Shown: positions 37,702 through 49,735 of the stretch, piece after piece
Position numbering within the stretch: the first letter of the stretch is position 1
How the letters are laid out: each line of letters opens with the position of its first letter
DNA from: Octopus bimaculoides
Lineage: Eukaryota
Direction of reading: 5' to 3'
Assembly (NCBI RefSeq): GCF_001194135.2
Contig: NC_068981.1
Span: 160,804,792 to 160,868,791 of the forward strand
DNA length: 64,000 bases
The notes under the pieces: model-generated
Told to the model about the DNA's origin: nothing
Seen by the model: the letters and a program-made list of their open reading frames with translations, nothing else
Databases searched by the model: none
Program-made: the position numbers and the translations under genes

Positions 37702-40700
37702 GTATGTATTTGCTGTTTCTTACATTTTCTTTTTTCTTTATTCCTAGTCAAATATATTTTGTAGTGATTTGATAAAATAGACATTATTGGTAGAAAAGTG
37801 TAGCTTTACTTGAAGAATGAGTTTCCAGTTCTAAGATGGGATCAGATTTTGCTCTCATTTCAATAGAAAGAAAGAATCCTCTACTCCCTTGCTATAAAGA
37901 CTGAACCTTTTTTTTTAAATAACTCAATTGGTTTGAATTGTTACACTGTTATCATCTATACCCATTGTTTCCGGTGTTATAAATTGGACAAAGTTCAGAA
38001 TCTTGTACCTGTAGGGACAGAATGCTGTGGTACCACAGAAAAATCTCTGTCCCAAACTTTGTATTTCTCTTTTTACTATACATTGCTTTCACTCTTTCTC
38101 AAAAAGCAAATTTCATAGTTTCATCATGATCAACTCAGTTGTAAAAAATGACAAATTTAGGCTAAATAGGAGCTAGAATGGGAAATTTTTTCAATATTTT
38201 AACATTATTCAAATTCTGCCAAGGTTGACTTTACCTTTCACCCTTCCAGAGTTGATAAAATAAGTACCAGTTGAGCACTGCGGTCGATGTAATCAACTTA
38301 CCCCTCTCCCAAAATTGCTGACCTTGTGCCAAAATTTGAAATCAATATTTTAACATTAAATCAATATTCAATTTTCTAACTGAAGAGCCTGCTGCTAAAA
38401 GTGCCTAAATCACATTGATCTTCATGTGACACAAGTACTTTTCTAACTAGGGTCTTCAGTTACGCATTTAACTTTTTTTTGAGGGGTGAGTCATTAGTAA
38501 AACTGTCTGAACCAACACGTCCTTTTAGTGATGTGTTAATAGTCGTTTTTCTTTTCTTTTTACATAACTCTTTATTTCTGTGTATTTAGGAATTGTGAAA
38601 TTTATAACCTTGATTAGTAAATCATTGGGATTAATTGGGTTTTTCTTTTGTATTTATTATTTATTAATTTCTTGAATGTGTGCGTAATTCATTTGAAAAA
38701 TTACTGTTCATCATTATCGTTTTATGTTTGCTTTCCATACTGGTATGGTTTGAATGGGTAGTAATGGTTCATACTTGAAGTAATTTCCTCCTAGATGAGT
38801 TGGAGACTGTCTTGCTTTCTGTTGCAATTTTGGCATGATTTCTCTGACTGAATGCCCTCCATCATACCAATCTCTTTTCAGTGTATACTGGGTCATTTAA
38901 ATTGTACCAGCATAGGAAAGGTTGCCCTCTCTTCATTCAGTGTTCATTTAAGGCAAAAATGACGAAGAGGGTGAACAGAAGAGAGCATGATGATAGAAAG
39001 AAAATAAGAGAGAGAGGATGAATACAATGGAAAAAAACAATGAGGAGAGTGAGAGTGAGAGGTTAATGGTAAAAAGAATGATAGACAGCTACATGTTGTT
39101 GGTAAAAAGATTGAATAAAAAAAATATCTTGAGTAGTGTGATGGGGAGAAGGGGTGATAAGAGGGACAAAGTAATAGAAGTAAAAGTGGGTGTGATATAT
39201 GGGGTATGTTGATAGAGAGGAATGGGATGGAGGGTACAGGGGGATCGAAGGATTGGAGGATAATAAAAGAGAGCAACTGATGGGTAGCTATAGAGAAGGC
39301 ATCTGGTCATAGAATACTGCCTTAGTAACTCTTGTCCAGCCCATGCTATTATGGAAAGAAACAGACATAAAAGTGACAAGAAAAATGATGATAACACTTG
39401 AGGTGGCGAGTTGGCAGAATTGTTAGAATGGCATGCATTTCGTCCATCTTTACGTTCTGTGTTCAAATGCTGTCAAGGTTGGCTTTGCTTTGCAAACTTT
39501 TGGGGTCGATAAAATGAGCACCAGTAGAGAACTGGGGTTGATGTAAGCGACTTACCCCACCACGAAATTGCTGGCCTTGTGCCAAAATTTGAAACCAATA
39601 ATAATGATAAGGCTTTTCACAACTGTAGTTTTTGTGCCTTTTCTCTTTAATGAGACTGGCATCTTCTGTGTAGATTTCTAGAAACTGGAGGGAGAGATGG
39701 AAACAGAGAAATCTCATTCATTTGCAGGCAAATTTGTTGAACAAGCAGCTAATATATGATCATTTAATTTGTTGAAAATAAGTAGCCAAAACTTTCACAG
39801 ATCACACCCTACTATCTTAACCTCTTTTATACTAACCCACCTGAGACCACCCTTGGTTTTGTCATATAAAATTCCTATTGAAAGTGATCTAAAGGAAAAT
39901 TTTCCATTAAAATTTCATGTTAATTTACATTCCAAACATGAGCTTAATTTATTACTATACATTTATTTTACTATATTCTTGATTATTTTCAAAATTAACT
40001 GCACCAAATATGGTATATTTCAAGAGAAACATAGTAACAAATGTGTTAAATAAAGGCTATGCTGAACAGTATAGTCTCTGACATACAACAGACAGGATTG
40101 TTACAGCTAGAATGCCTTTTGTCAAATTTATTTAACTACAACTGATCTGGGAATACACAGTAACAACAAAGTTTACTTTAAGCCAACAAAGGAAAGCCTC
40201 TGTTTGGGTGTGCAACCTTACTAGATATAAGTCAAATTTCCTTCAGATCACTTTCTACAGTTTTAAATTTGGAAAAAAACAAAAAAAACATTGAAAACTT
40301 TAGTTCCATGTATATCTCTTATATAAAATAGACCTCTGTGTGTGTATTCGCTTTTCATATGAAAATGGCTGCATGAATTGCTTCCAAACTTCAGATGCAT
40401 GAATAATTTGACCTCTGGTACATAATGGGGTCTTAAGTTTATTTTTTTATTAAAAATAAATAATATTGTTTTATATATACGATTCACTTCATTAAAAAGG
40501 TTTCTCAATGTCAACTTCCGGTATTGAGGTAGCAACAGTGAAATTTTCCATTTTCGTTTGCCAGGCCTCTCACTCTCTATTTTAATGTTTTCATTTCAAG
40601 TTTTAATTTGCTATTTGCAAACAACTACTATAAATTACTGAAAGAAATATTTTCTAAGTTCACAAATTTAAATATTTGGCACAAGATAGTTTTTAACGAA

Positions 40701-40758
40701 CTTTTATTTATACAATTTTTTAATTTCATGTTTATTTCATTCATTGTTTGCAATGTTT

Positions 40759-40811
<53 letters not shown>

Positions 40812-40938
40812 NNNNNNNNNNNNNNNNNNNNNNNNNNNNNNNNNNNNNNNNNNNNNNNNNNNNNNNNNNNNNNNNNNNNNNNNNNNNNNNNNNNNNNNNN
40901 NNNNNNNNNNNNNNNNNNNNNNNNNNNNNNNNNNNNTC

Positions 40939-40986
<48 letters not shown>

Positions 40987-41002
40987 TCACAATCTCTAAT
41001 AT

Positions 41003-41040
<38 letters not shown>

Positions 41041-41233
41041 CAGGTTTGATTTTGTTATTACACAAATATCACATTAGATTTTTACAATTCAACAAGGGAC
41101 ATCCCAAAAAGTATGGGCTTTCTTTCGCTTGAAATCACACACTTCGTTAATTTTCATAAAATATTTTTATTTATTTACCTTTTGAGCACTATGTTCAGCT
41201 CTATGTANNNNNNNNNNATGCACACATGTGTTT

Positions 41234-41264
<31 letters not shown>

Positions 41265-42384
41265 AATGATACCATTTGAAGTGTATTTCCCATCACCTAA
41301 AAGTTTTTCTTGAATGTATTTATGAGATAACAGAATGAGATCACAAATAACATTTTCAGGCCATCCAGTGTAGGCAACTAGTTCAACTATTTAATTGGGT
41401 TGATAATTTCTAATCAAGCCTAGTTATTTGGAACAGTAAAACCAATGTTTTATACCATAAAAATGACGAATAATAGGAAGACACTCCTTTGTCTATATTA
41501 TGTGGTTGTGACAAAGGACACGTAAGATAGTAGAGGTAGTAGTGACAGTTAGGAACATATTGCATAGTTGCTGTCCTTTCATATAGATGTTTAATATTTT
41601 CAAACTTAGTTTTAACAAAGGTATTTCTCTTCCCTTTAGTGGTCAAATTTCAGGAAAACTCCTCCACATCTGATTTCAAAATATGTTAGTTATTGTCACT
41701 TTTATCTAGCTGGCTTGTCTTTAAATACTGTTCAAAGTATCTGAATCTGCCAACTATTTTCTTTGCACTTTATAGAACAGTCTTATTAGAATACATTGTT
41801 TATGAATATGTTCTTGTCTGATTGATGTTTGTTTCTAGTAGGAGGTTATTTAGGTCTTAAGCATTTACCTTTTATATATAGGGTCTTTGATGTCTGAATG
41901 GACAAAGAGTTGAATTTGGACTGAAAAATTCATGGTTTATGTTTTCTCATTGATACTTGCACTTCATTCTAGGGAAAGACACTAAACCCTACCATATTAG
42001 TTTAATCTACTATGCTATCTCTTAAGCATCAAGCAACATTTTAAGGATCTGTGCTTACCCCTAATTTCATGGTGTTATGTAAATGAGAAAATAATATTTT
42101 AGAGATGCTACTGGTCTATCACTTGTTTATATCCCCATATGGTACAGTTGCTAAAACAAACAATGAATTCTGGTTAGAAATATCATGAAATGTCTCCTGT
42201 ACATTTGAACTTATCAGAAATAGATAATTCCTAATTCATAATTATCCGTTTAGCTCTTCTGTTTACTAATAAGCAGATGGTATGCTATATAATTAACAAA
42301 TATCTCATTAATTTGCCATGCTTAGCTTAAGTCCTGCCATATATTGGGGCCACCATAGAATCAGCATTGTTTTAACCGCTTATA

Positions 42385-42765
42385 ACCATCACACCAACAA
42401 TCACCTTGAGCACCTTTTTGAGCTCCATGTGTCTAACACACATGGGCATGCCTACAAAGTCAGAAAAAAGCACAGCTCCCATGACTTTCAGAAACATTTT
42501 TTCACACTCAGAGTTGCTGGAGCATGGAACAAACTGCCTGCTTCAGTTGTTAGTTGCCAAGTCATTGCATCCTTTAAACCTCCATGCTTCCTGAAATTCG
42601 CCAACACAACACCTGATATCTCCCCTCTATATGCATACACATATGTATATCATGACTCATACACTGTTCACTTTCCTGACTTTTGTACATAATTCTATTG
42701 ACTATACATGCACCTTTGATGAGTTGTAGTGCACTTGCGCACTATACACTATAATTTCATTATTT
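42385..42765 (+). mobile_element. CR1/L2-group LINE 3' fragment
   Basis: SNTHGHAYKVRKKHSSHDFQKHFFTLRVAGAWNKLPASVV...SFK matches the CR1-type C-terminal TRGH..KL...FFS.RV...WN.LP motif; 3' UTR ends aatttcattatt. Confidence 0.85.
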
Positions 42766-43139
42766 TTTATCATCACTGAATTATATTCAGTATGAATTAT
42801 TTATTATGTCTTTATCTTTGTATTAAATATATCTTTTTATAATTGTTTATTCAGAATTAGTAGGCAATTTCAAAATGTGCTTTTTATCTCATAAAGATTT
42901 AAAGGAAAAAATTAATGTTGGAATGAAAACAAAAAAACATTAAAAAGCAGAATACAGTGGAATTTTTAAGGAGTTGTGAATGAGAAAATTGTTCACTGAT
43001 GGGTTAGAAATAATAGTTGAATAAAGTTCACACTCCAGTTCCTTTTGTATTTACAATTCAGTTATGTTGAACATTTTTATATTCTCTATTATTATTTGGG
43101 AATATCATTTGCCTTACAAACTAGTAACAATTAATCAAG

Positions 43140-43600
43140 CAGAAACTGATTTCATCAGTTGTGGGGGAATTCAGAGCCACCAAGGTAAGAGCAATCAGTA
43201 CATTGTTTCTATCCAAAAATGAGAAAGTCCGATATGCCAACAAAACCATAAAGTGTAGCAGAAATTTGAAGCCCCACGAAGCTGTGAAGGAAGCAGAAAA
43301 GTACTGGAAGCACCGGGAAATTGTGTAAATAGTCTGTTCAAGATCAGCTATGACTTGGTAACTATAGTATCAAGTGACAGGAAAAATACCAGTGCCAAAG
43401 GCAAGAGAGAGGTCACAGTGTAAAGAGTTTACAATTCAACAGAAGTTTGCTGTGTAAAGTAGGGCTTGTTTGCCAGGGATGATGGATACATTGGTTGGTG
43501 AAGGCTAATTCAGTCCTCACTTCCTCACTCAGGCAAAATATAGAGGCTGAGGGATGGAACACCTATGACCCTGGGATACCTGCTGATGATATACAATGTT
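43140..43600 (+). mobile_element. HERO/NeSL-like non-LTR retrotransposon relic
   Basis: RNLKPHEAVKEAEKYWKHREIV, VQDQL*LG, NTSAKGKR and VGLVCQG*WIHW resemble the post-RT region of such elements. Heavily decayed; clade assignment is from memory. Confidence 0.55.
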
Positions 43601-45254
43601 TTCTGACAGATTCAGAAGACCTTGCTGTATTTTTGAGTATCTTCTACAGTTTCTGCATCGGGCAAAGCATCCCCATTGTTTATTTCACCTTTGCTTATTT
43701 AATGCCAAAAACTGGAAACTAAGTACTGGGTCTGAGTTTTGGAAATATTTTCACTTGTTTCTACTCCTGCTACCATAAGCATTGCTACTACCACTGAATT
43801 CACTAACATCATCACCTCCAATACCACCACTTCTGGAATCACTGACCGCAACATCATTTCCAACTCTACAACTGTCCCATTCTATCACTGCAAATCATAC
43901 AATTACTATTGAATGGACCCTGTTATATGGTTACTCGATCTGCTAGAAATAGCAGCCAAATTTTCCTTAGATCATATCTTTCCATTAAGCACATTGCGTA
44001 ATGTGATCCTGGTTTTTACTTTGCCTAAGAAAATAAAAGGATGGTCATAGTCAGAATGCTTTTAATCATGGATTTGCTTAAACAGGTTGACCTAGCACTA
44101 AGCAACAACACTATCATCATCATCATGACCACCTCCACTGTTATTACTGTGCTGCCACCACTGTTTTCACTTTGGCTGTTCTATGCTATCATAAGTTGAA
44201 TGAATCTACAAAAATGTTGTTTACAATCTGTCCTATGTGTAATCCTGTTTCTAACTGTAACTCTAAATTCTTGTCAATTCAGATTACTTTATTCCAATTT
44301 TTTTCCCCTTAAATTCTCTTTAGCTTACAATCTATTACAATTTCTTGATATTATTTCATCCAGCTCTCCTCGTCCATTCCCATCCATTATTACATGTCAA
44401 TACCATCTATGCCAGCTTTCCTATAAGCAACATTTGATATCTTTAGTTCATAGCTTTGGATTGTTTAAAAACAAACAAACATTTTTTTATATATATATAA
44501 AAAAAAGACTCCCACTTTTTTTTCTGTTTTGGCATGCAACCCCATCCCCCAATTTCTCATGTCAAAAGGTTTTAGGGGATGGTGACCTTTATAGGAGAAC
44601 CAGCTGACATAACTAAGTTAATTTGTTCTGTTTTTATCTGTGGAATAGCTTTCATCTGACAAAGCCAAGCTATATTTCCCAAAGCAGTTTAGATAATACT
44701 TTATTTTTATTCTACCTTCTAAGTTAATGGTAGTAATTTTTCATTTCAACTTGACTTTTGTTTTATAAATAAGTTTTGATGCGATTTCCTTAGAAATGGT
44801 TTATTTAGTGTGTTTTATGCTCTCTCTCTGTCTCCTTGTTTTGAGTCATGTTTGCCAAATTGAATGCAATGGAATTCACATAAATGCTTTCTTGGTAGAC
44901 TTCCTAAACTTATTATGATGGAATGTTTCCAACAATGCCACAATGCCCTTTGTTTAAAAATCACTGAATCGTGTATATACGTGTGTATCTGTATTTTATG
45001 TGAATAAATCACTGATTACCTTCTATCTGTAAATGTGCAAAGCTGAAGATTTGCTAAACTTTTAAACTCACCAGGTTGTACTGCCAACAAAAGCCTAAGT
45101 CATCAGCTTTCCCATGGATTTCATTTGTTATATGCAGTTCTTCATTTTATCCAGTATTGTTCAATAAGGGGAATGATTTCTGTAACTTCTTTCAATATTC
45201 TTTGTAAAACTAAATGATTGATTATATAACACCAGAAGTAAGATTTAATTGCAA

Positions 45255-45870
45255 GTATGGTTGTGTGGTTAAGAAATTTGCTTTCCAACCATATGATTTT
45301 TAGTTCAGTCCCACCGTGTGGTAGTTGGGCAAGTGTCTTGTGAGTGGATTTGGTAGATGGAAACTGAAAAAAGCCCAGTGTGTGTGTGTGTGTGTGTGTT
45401 TTTGTTTGTGTTTGTGTCTCCCTGACTTGACATCATGTTATTTCTTTATTGCCCACAAGGGGCTAAACATAGAGGCGACAAACAAGGACAGACAAAGGGA
45501 TTAAGTCGATTACATTGACCCCAGTGCATAACTGATACTTAATTTATCGACCCCGAAAGGATGAAAGGCAAAGTTGACCTCGGCGGAATTTGAACGCAGA
45601 ACGTAAAGACAGACGAAATACCGTTAAGCATTTCGCCCGGCGTGCTAACGTTTCTGCCAGCTCGCCTGACTTGACATCATGTGACAGCTGTAAACAAGTG
45701 TCATCACCATATAAATGGAGTCATTAGTTTCCAGTCTTTCATGAAAACATGTCTGGCCATGGGGGAAATATCTTGTTTAGAAACAAATTCAGGTTGCCAA
45801 CAGGAAGTCATCTGCCACAATAAACTTTGTCTGACCCATGCAAGCATAGAAAAATGGAAATTAAAATAAC
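45255..45870 (+). mobile_element. Family C SINE variant with an RTE-like (GAT)n tail, interrupted by a young family B SINE
   Basis: C-type head at 45255-45420; resumes at 45683 and ends cccatgcaagcatagaaaaatggaaattaaaataacgatgatgatg. Confidence 0.7.
45439..45664 (-). mobile_element. Young family B SINE with an 18-bp target-site duplication
   Basis: cctgacttgacatcatgt at 45421-45438 and 45665-45682; CpG-rich body. Confidence 0.92.
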
Positions 45871-46414
45871 GATGATGATGAATTTTAACTTGGCTGATCT
45901 GTCCCTCATATATATTTTTGAGTTTGAGACTTGTTGCACATGGTTTAATGTCACTATAAGCCTGCCTATGAGATTAAGACATTATCTTTGTAATGTTTTC
46001 TGGGTTTGATCTCCCAGCTTGACACTTTGGGTGTGAGTCTTCTGTCATATTCTTGCACTGGTTATTGCCTCATGAGTGACATTTGGTAGACAAGACCCGT
46101 ATGAAAGGTTATCATGTGAGCATGTTTTTGAGTGTAAGTGTGTATACACAAGTGTGTAAGTGTGTATGCACAAGTGTGCATGTGAATCAATATATTTGAG
46201 CAAAATTACCTCATGGTATTTATTCCGGTTCAGTTGCACAGACACTCTTATCATTCTTGCCATTCAGTAAACAAGTGATTGGCCCATTTGATACATATAA
46301 CCAGAGACAATATTAAAATAAAAGATATAAAATAGATAAATTAAGAAATAATAAGACTATTTATTTACCATGTTTTTTCCATTTTCTTTTGAGAGAGAGA
46401 GAGAGAGGGAGAGG

Positions 46415-46445
<31 letters not shown>

Positions 46446-46789
46446 TCTTTTGTGTGTATCTGTATTTAAAACAATTCTTTGATTCAAATTGCTGTTATCT
46501 TGCTAATGAATAAACTTTGGAGTTATAAGAAACAATGAAACCCACTTCTGAAGTATAATGATTTCTATATTCTGTTGATTGGAGAATTTGTCTGGCTTGT
46601 ATGAAATGAGAGCCTCTATACCAGCGGTGGCAAACTACTTCATCCATTGACAAAATTTTACTGATATTCTAATTTCAAACTGCTTACTGATGAAGTCACT
46701 AAAAACCCATAAAAAAAAATTACAAGCAAAAATGTTTAACCTAAAACTATAACAGTAATTTAATACATGTTGTATATCAATGTATAAGC

Positions 46790-47755
46790 ACAGGCATGGC
46801 TGTGTGGTTAAGAAGCTTGCTTTACAACCATGTAGTTTCAGGTTCAGTTCCACTACACAGCATCTTGTGTGTTCTGTTATAGACAAATGCCTTCTGAGTG
46901 AATTTGGTAGATGGAAACTGTGGAAGCTCATCTCACATGCACTTGCACGTGTATGTTCAACAAAGATCCTTGTGGGTCAAGCAATCCGACCCCCAAGGGC
47001 TCCTTTGATGTGGCTACAGGAGCCTATGACAGTGCTGATGTCTGCTATCTTATTGGATTGTACATCCTGGACATCTTAGGAAAGAGGTTTCCTTTGGTCC
47101 TCTTCGATCTCTACAGAGATGGCACCTTAGCCATCTCTATAGAGATAGCACCTTAGCCATCTCTAGAGGAGCCAACAGGTACACACTAGATATACTTAGA
47201 AAGGACCATTGAGACTTGTCTCATCACAGTAGATTGCCTAGATGTTACTTTAGATCTGGGCTCTGGTACATACAGGCCCTATCACAAGCCAAACGAGATG
47301 TCCTATATTAGCACAGCCTTCTGCCACCAACCTATAGTTTTTAAGAACCTAGTGAAGGGTGTAAGCAAGAAGATTTTGAATCTATCCTCTACCCAAGATA
47401 TCTTCGTTGCCACTACCCCCTACTACAGTGAGGCACTGCATCTCCTACATGCCAGGATCTAACACCTGGAAAACGAAGTACCGTAGAAACATCATTTGGT
47501 TTGCTCCACCCTTCTCTCTCAACATCAAGACTTGTGTGTCTTTGTGGCTGTATTTGTCCCCAACCCATTGCTTGACAACTGGTGTTTGTTTGTGTCCACC
47601 TAACATAGCAGTTTGGCAATAGGTATTGATAAAAGAAGTACCAGATTTTAAAAAAATAGGTACCGGGGTCAATTTGTTCTTCTAAAATCCTTCAAAGTCG
47701 TGCTTCAGCATGGCCACAGTCCAATGACTGAAACAAGTAAACAATAAAAAGATAA
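46790..47755 (+). mobile_element. Family C SINE split by a Penelope-like fragment
   Basis: 5' half at about 46790-46945 and 3' half at about 47530-47755. Confidence 0.78.
46945..47530 (+). mobile_element. Penelope-like element RT fragment, internally deleted
   Basis: FDVATGAYDSADVCYLIGLYIL, LYRDGTLA, LDVTLDL.SGTYRPYHKPN and RNIIWFAPPFSLN match PLE motifs FDVTMGS.DGAE.CELVGLYIL, GLYRDDGL and RNIIWFNPPFS. Confidence 0.82.
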
Positions 47756-48526
47756 AACATAAAAATTAAAGTTTCCTTATTTCTTTGACAGATGCCTTCC
47801 CTGCCACCAGTTTCTTATGCACTTGCAGTTTGTCCCTGATACTAAAAATCATTTCCCCACTGTTGCTCTACATGATTGCCTGACCTGTTAGTAATAGCAA
47901 AGAAATTTTTATCGAGCCACACCTTATCGTTTAAGATAATGAAAGGACTGCATTAGATAATGCAATCCTACATGTTCTCCTGCCACCACATATGTTAAGA
48001 AAAGACAAAATTATTGTTGTAATACCTTTGATTATCGGTTTGTTAACTTAGGTCTATACAGGCCATCTGCATAAGCATATGCACCATATTATTAAGAAAT
48101 CTATCAATTTTCATGACTCAGAATGTGCAACATGCATGTTAGGATTATATCATTAGTGCAACATACACACGCTTTCTATACATACAAACCCATACATGTA
48201 CATAATACAAAAAACATACAAAAAAAAAAAATACAAAAAACAAACAAAAGGAGCAGACAGATATTTTTTTTCTCTCTTTAATATTATTTGTATTTGAGTA
48301 TGAATAATCTCAGATTTTAAATAAAGAATATAAAATGTATATCATATGTGTGGGTGTAGCTGTGTATATAATTCTCTTTCTATATATGTACATACACACA
48401 TGTAAAGAAGTAGTATAAGACATCAATTCAGTGAATCATGTGGTTATCGCAGTGAGCTCCTTGTACAGACTTGGTTATTAGTCCATCCCATTGTAATCAA
48501 CTGCAAAGTAGTGTAATGTAAATTGT

Positions 48527-48935
48527 GTCATCATCATCGTTTAACGTCCGTTTTCCATGCTGGCATGGGTTGGACGGTTTGACTGAGGTCTGGAAAGCCA
48601 ATGGCTGCACCAGGCTCCAATCTGATCTGGCGATGTTTCTACAGCTGGATGCCTTTCCTAACACCAACCACTCTGAGAGTGTAGTGGGTGCTTTTTACGT
48701 GATATATATATAAAATCGTGGCAGATACTGGTGTCAAGCAAATGGCACCTGTGCTAGTGGCACGTAAAAGCACCCATTTACATTCTCAGAGTGGTTGGCA
48801 TTAGGAAAAGCAACCAGGTGTAGAAACCATGCCAAATCAGACTGGAGTCTGGTGCAGCCTTCCAGTTTGCCAGCCCTGGTCAAACCGTCCAACCCATGTC
48901 AGCATGGACAATTGACGTTAAATGATGATGATGAT
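48527..48935. mobile_element. Inverted pair of family A copies
   Basis: 48527-48701 (-) and about 48760-48935 (+), with (CAT)n and (GAT)n at the outer ends. Confidence 0.9.
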
Positions 48936-49514
48936 ACATACATGTACACACACACACACACACAGAAAAGGCACATGCACACAAAATCAACTGGTGCATG
49001 TGTGTGGAACAACCTTTGTGTATTTATGTGCATATATATACACATGCATACATTAACTTCAGTTTTATATATATATGTACACACACACACACATATCGAA
49101 AAGACATAGCGTGTTGAGCCTTAATTTTGATTGCATTTGATTGTCTTATCAATCATTCTCTTCCAGTAGTTTTTACTGGGAGTTGGGGCATGGGTAGTGT
49201 AAATAATGCAGTAGCTGCTTTTAGCACTTGTAGGATTGGCATTCACTACAAAATGTATTAAATCAATGCTTGATATAAAGATGAACAATGCAGTTATGTT
49301 GGTGTAATGTGCAGTTAGCTGACTCACACTAGCATGAAACAACCTTTGATATTGTTCCCAGTGCATTAACCCTGAATAGCTCTGCACAGCACTTAGTCTC
49401 TTTATAATTGATGTGTTCCCATGTTAATTCTCTTTTGTTTTTCCACCTCCCCTTTTTGTTGGGTTAATAAATTTAATTTTTTGTCTTATAACTAAATCTT
49501 TCTGTCTGTTTATC

Positions 49515-49735
49515 TCTGTCACTCTCTCAACCCCTCTCTCCGTCACTCTCTCCGTCACTCTCTCAACCCTCTCTCCGTCACTCTCTCAACCCCTCTCTCC
49601 GTCACTCTCTCAACCCCTCTCTCCGTCACTCTCTCAACCCCTCTCTCCGTCACTCTCTCAACCCCTCTCTCCGTCACTCTCTCAACCCCTCTCTCCGTCA
49701 CTCTCTCAACCCCTCTCTCCCTCACTCTTTCATCC
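49515..49735. repeat. 24-bp pyrimidine-rich minisatellite
   Basis: About nine copies of ctctctcaacccctctctccgtca, with small length variants. Confidence 0.92.

Noticed and set aside
38015-38118. Phase-compatible acceptor giving G-TECCG... after the LDGGD exon
   Set aside because: No similarity to REFFVGLS, weak polypyrimidine tract and an early stop.
38425-38465. CTGAAGA...GAAA hammerhead-like core on the minus strand
   Set aside because: No stem II pairing, no stem I, and G at the cleavage position.
46790-46860. tRNA genes at SINE heads (also 11515, 18150, 45255)
   Set aside because: Only A/B-box remnants; no cloverleaf, and each continues into a SINE body.
47792-47860. Good acceptor followed by DAFP-like residues
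   Set aside because: The frame needs the acceptor G itself, and the downstream residues do not resemble DDAH.
49515-49735. CRISPR-like regular repeat
   Set aside because: Units are directly adjacent with no unique spacers, and the context is eukaryotic.
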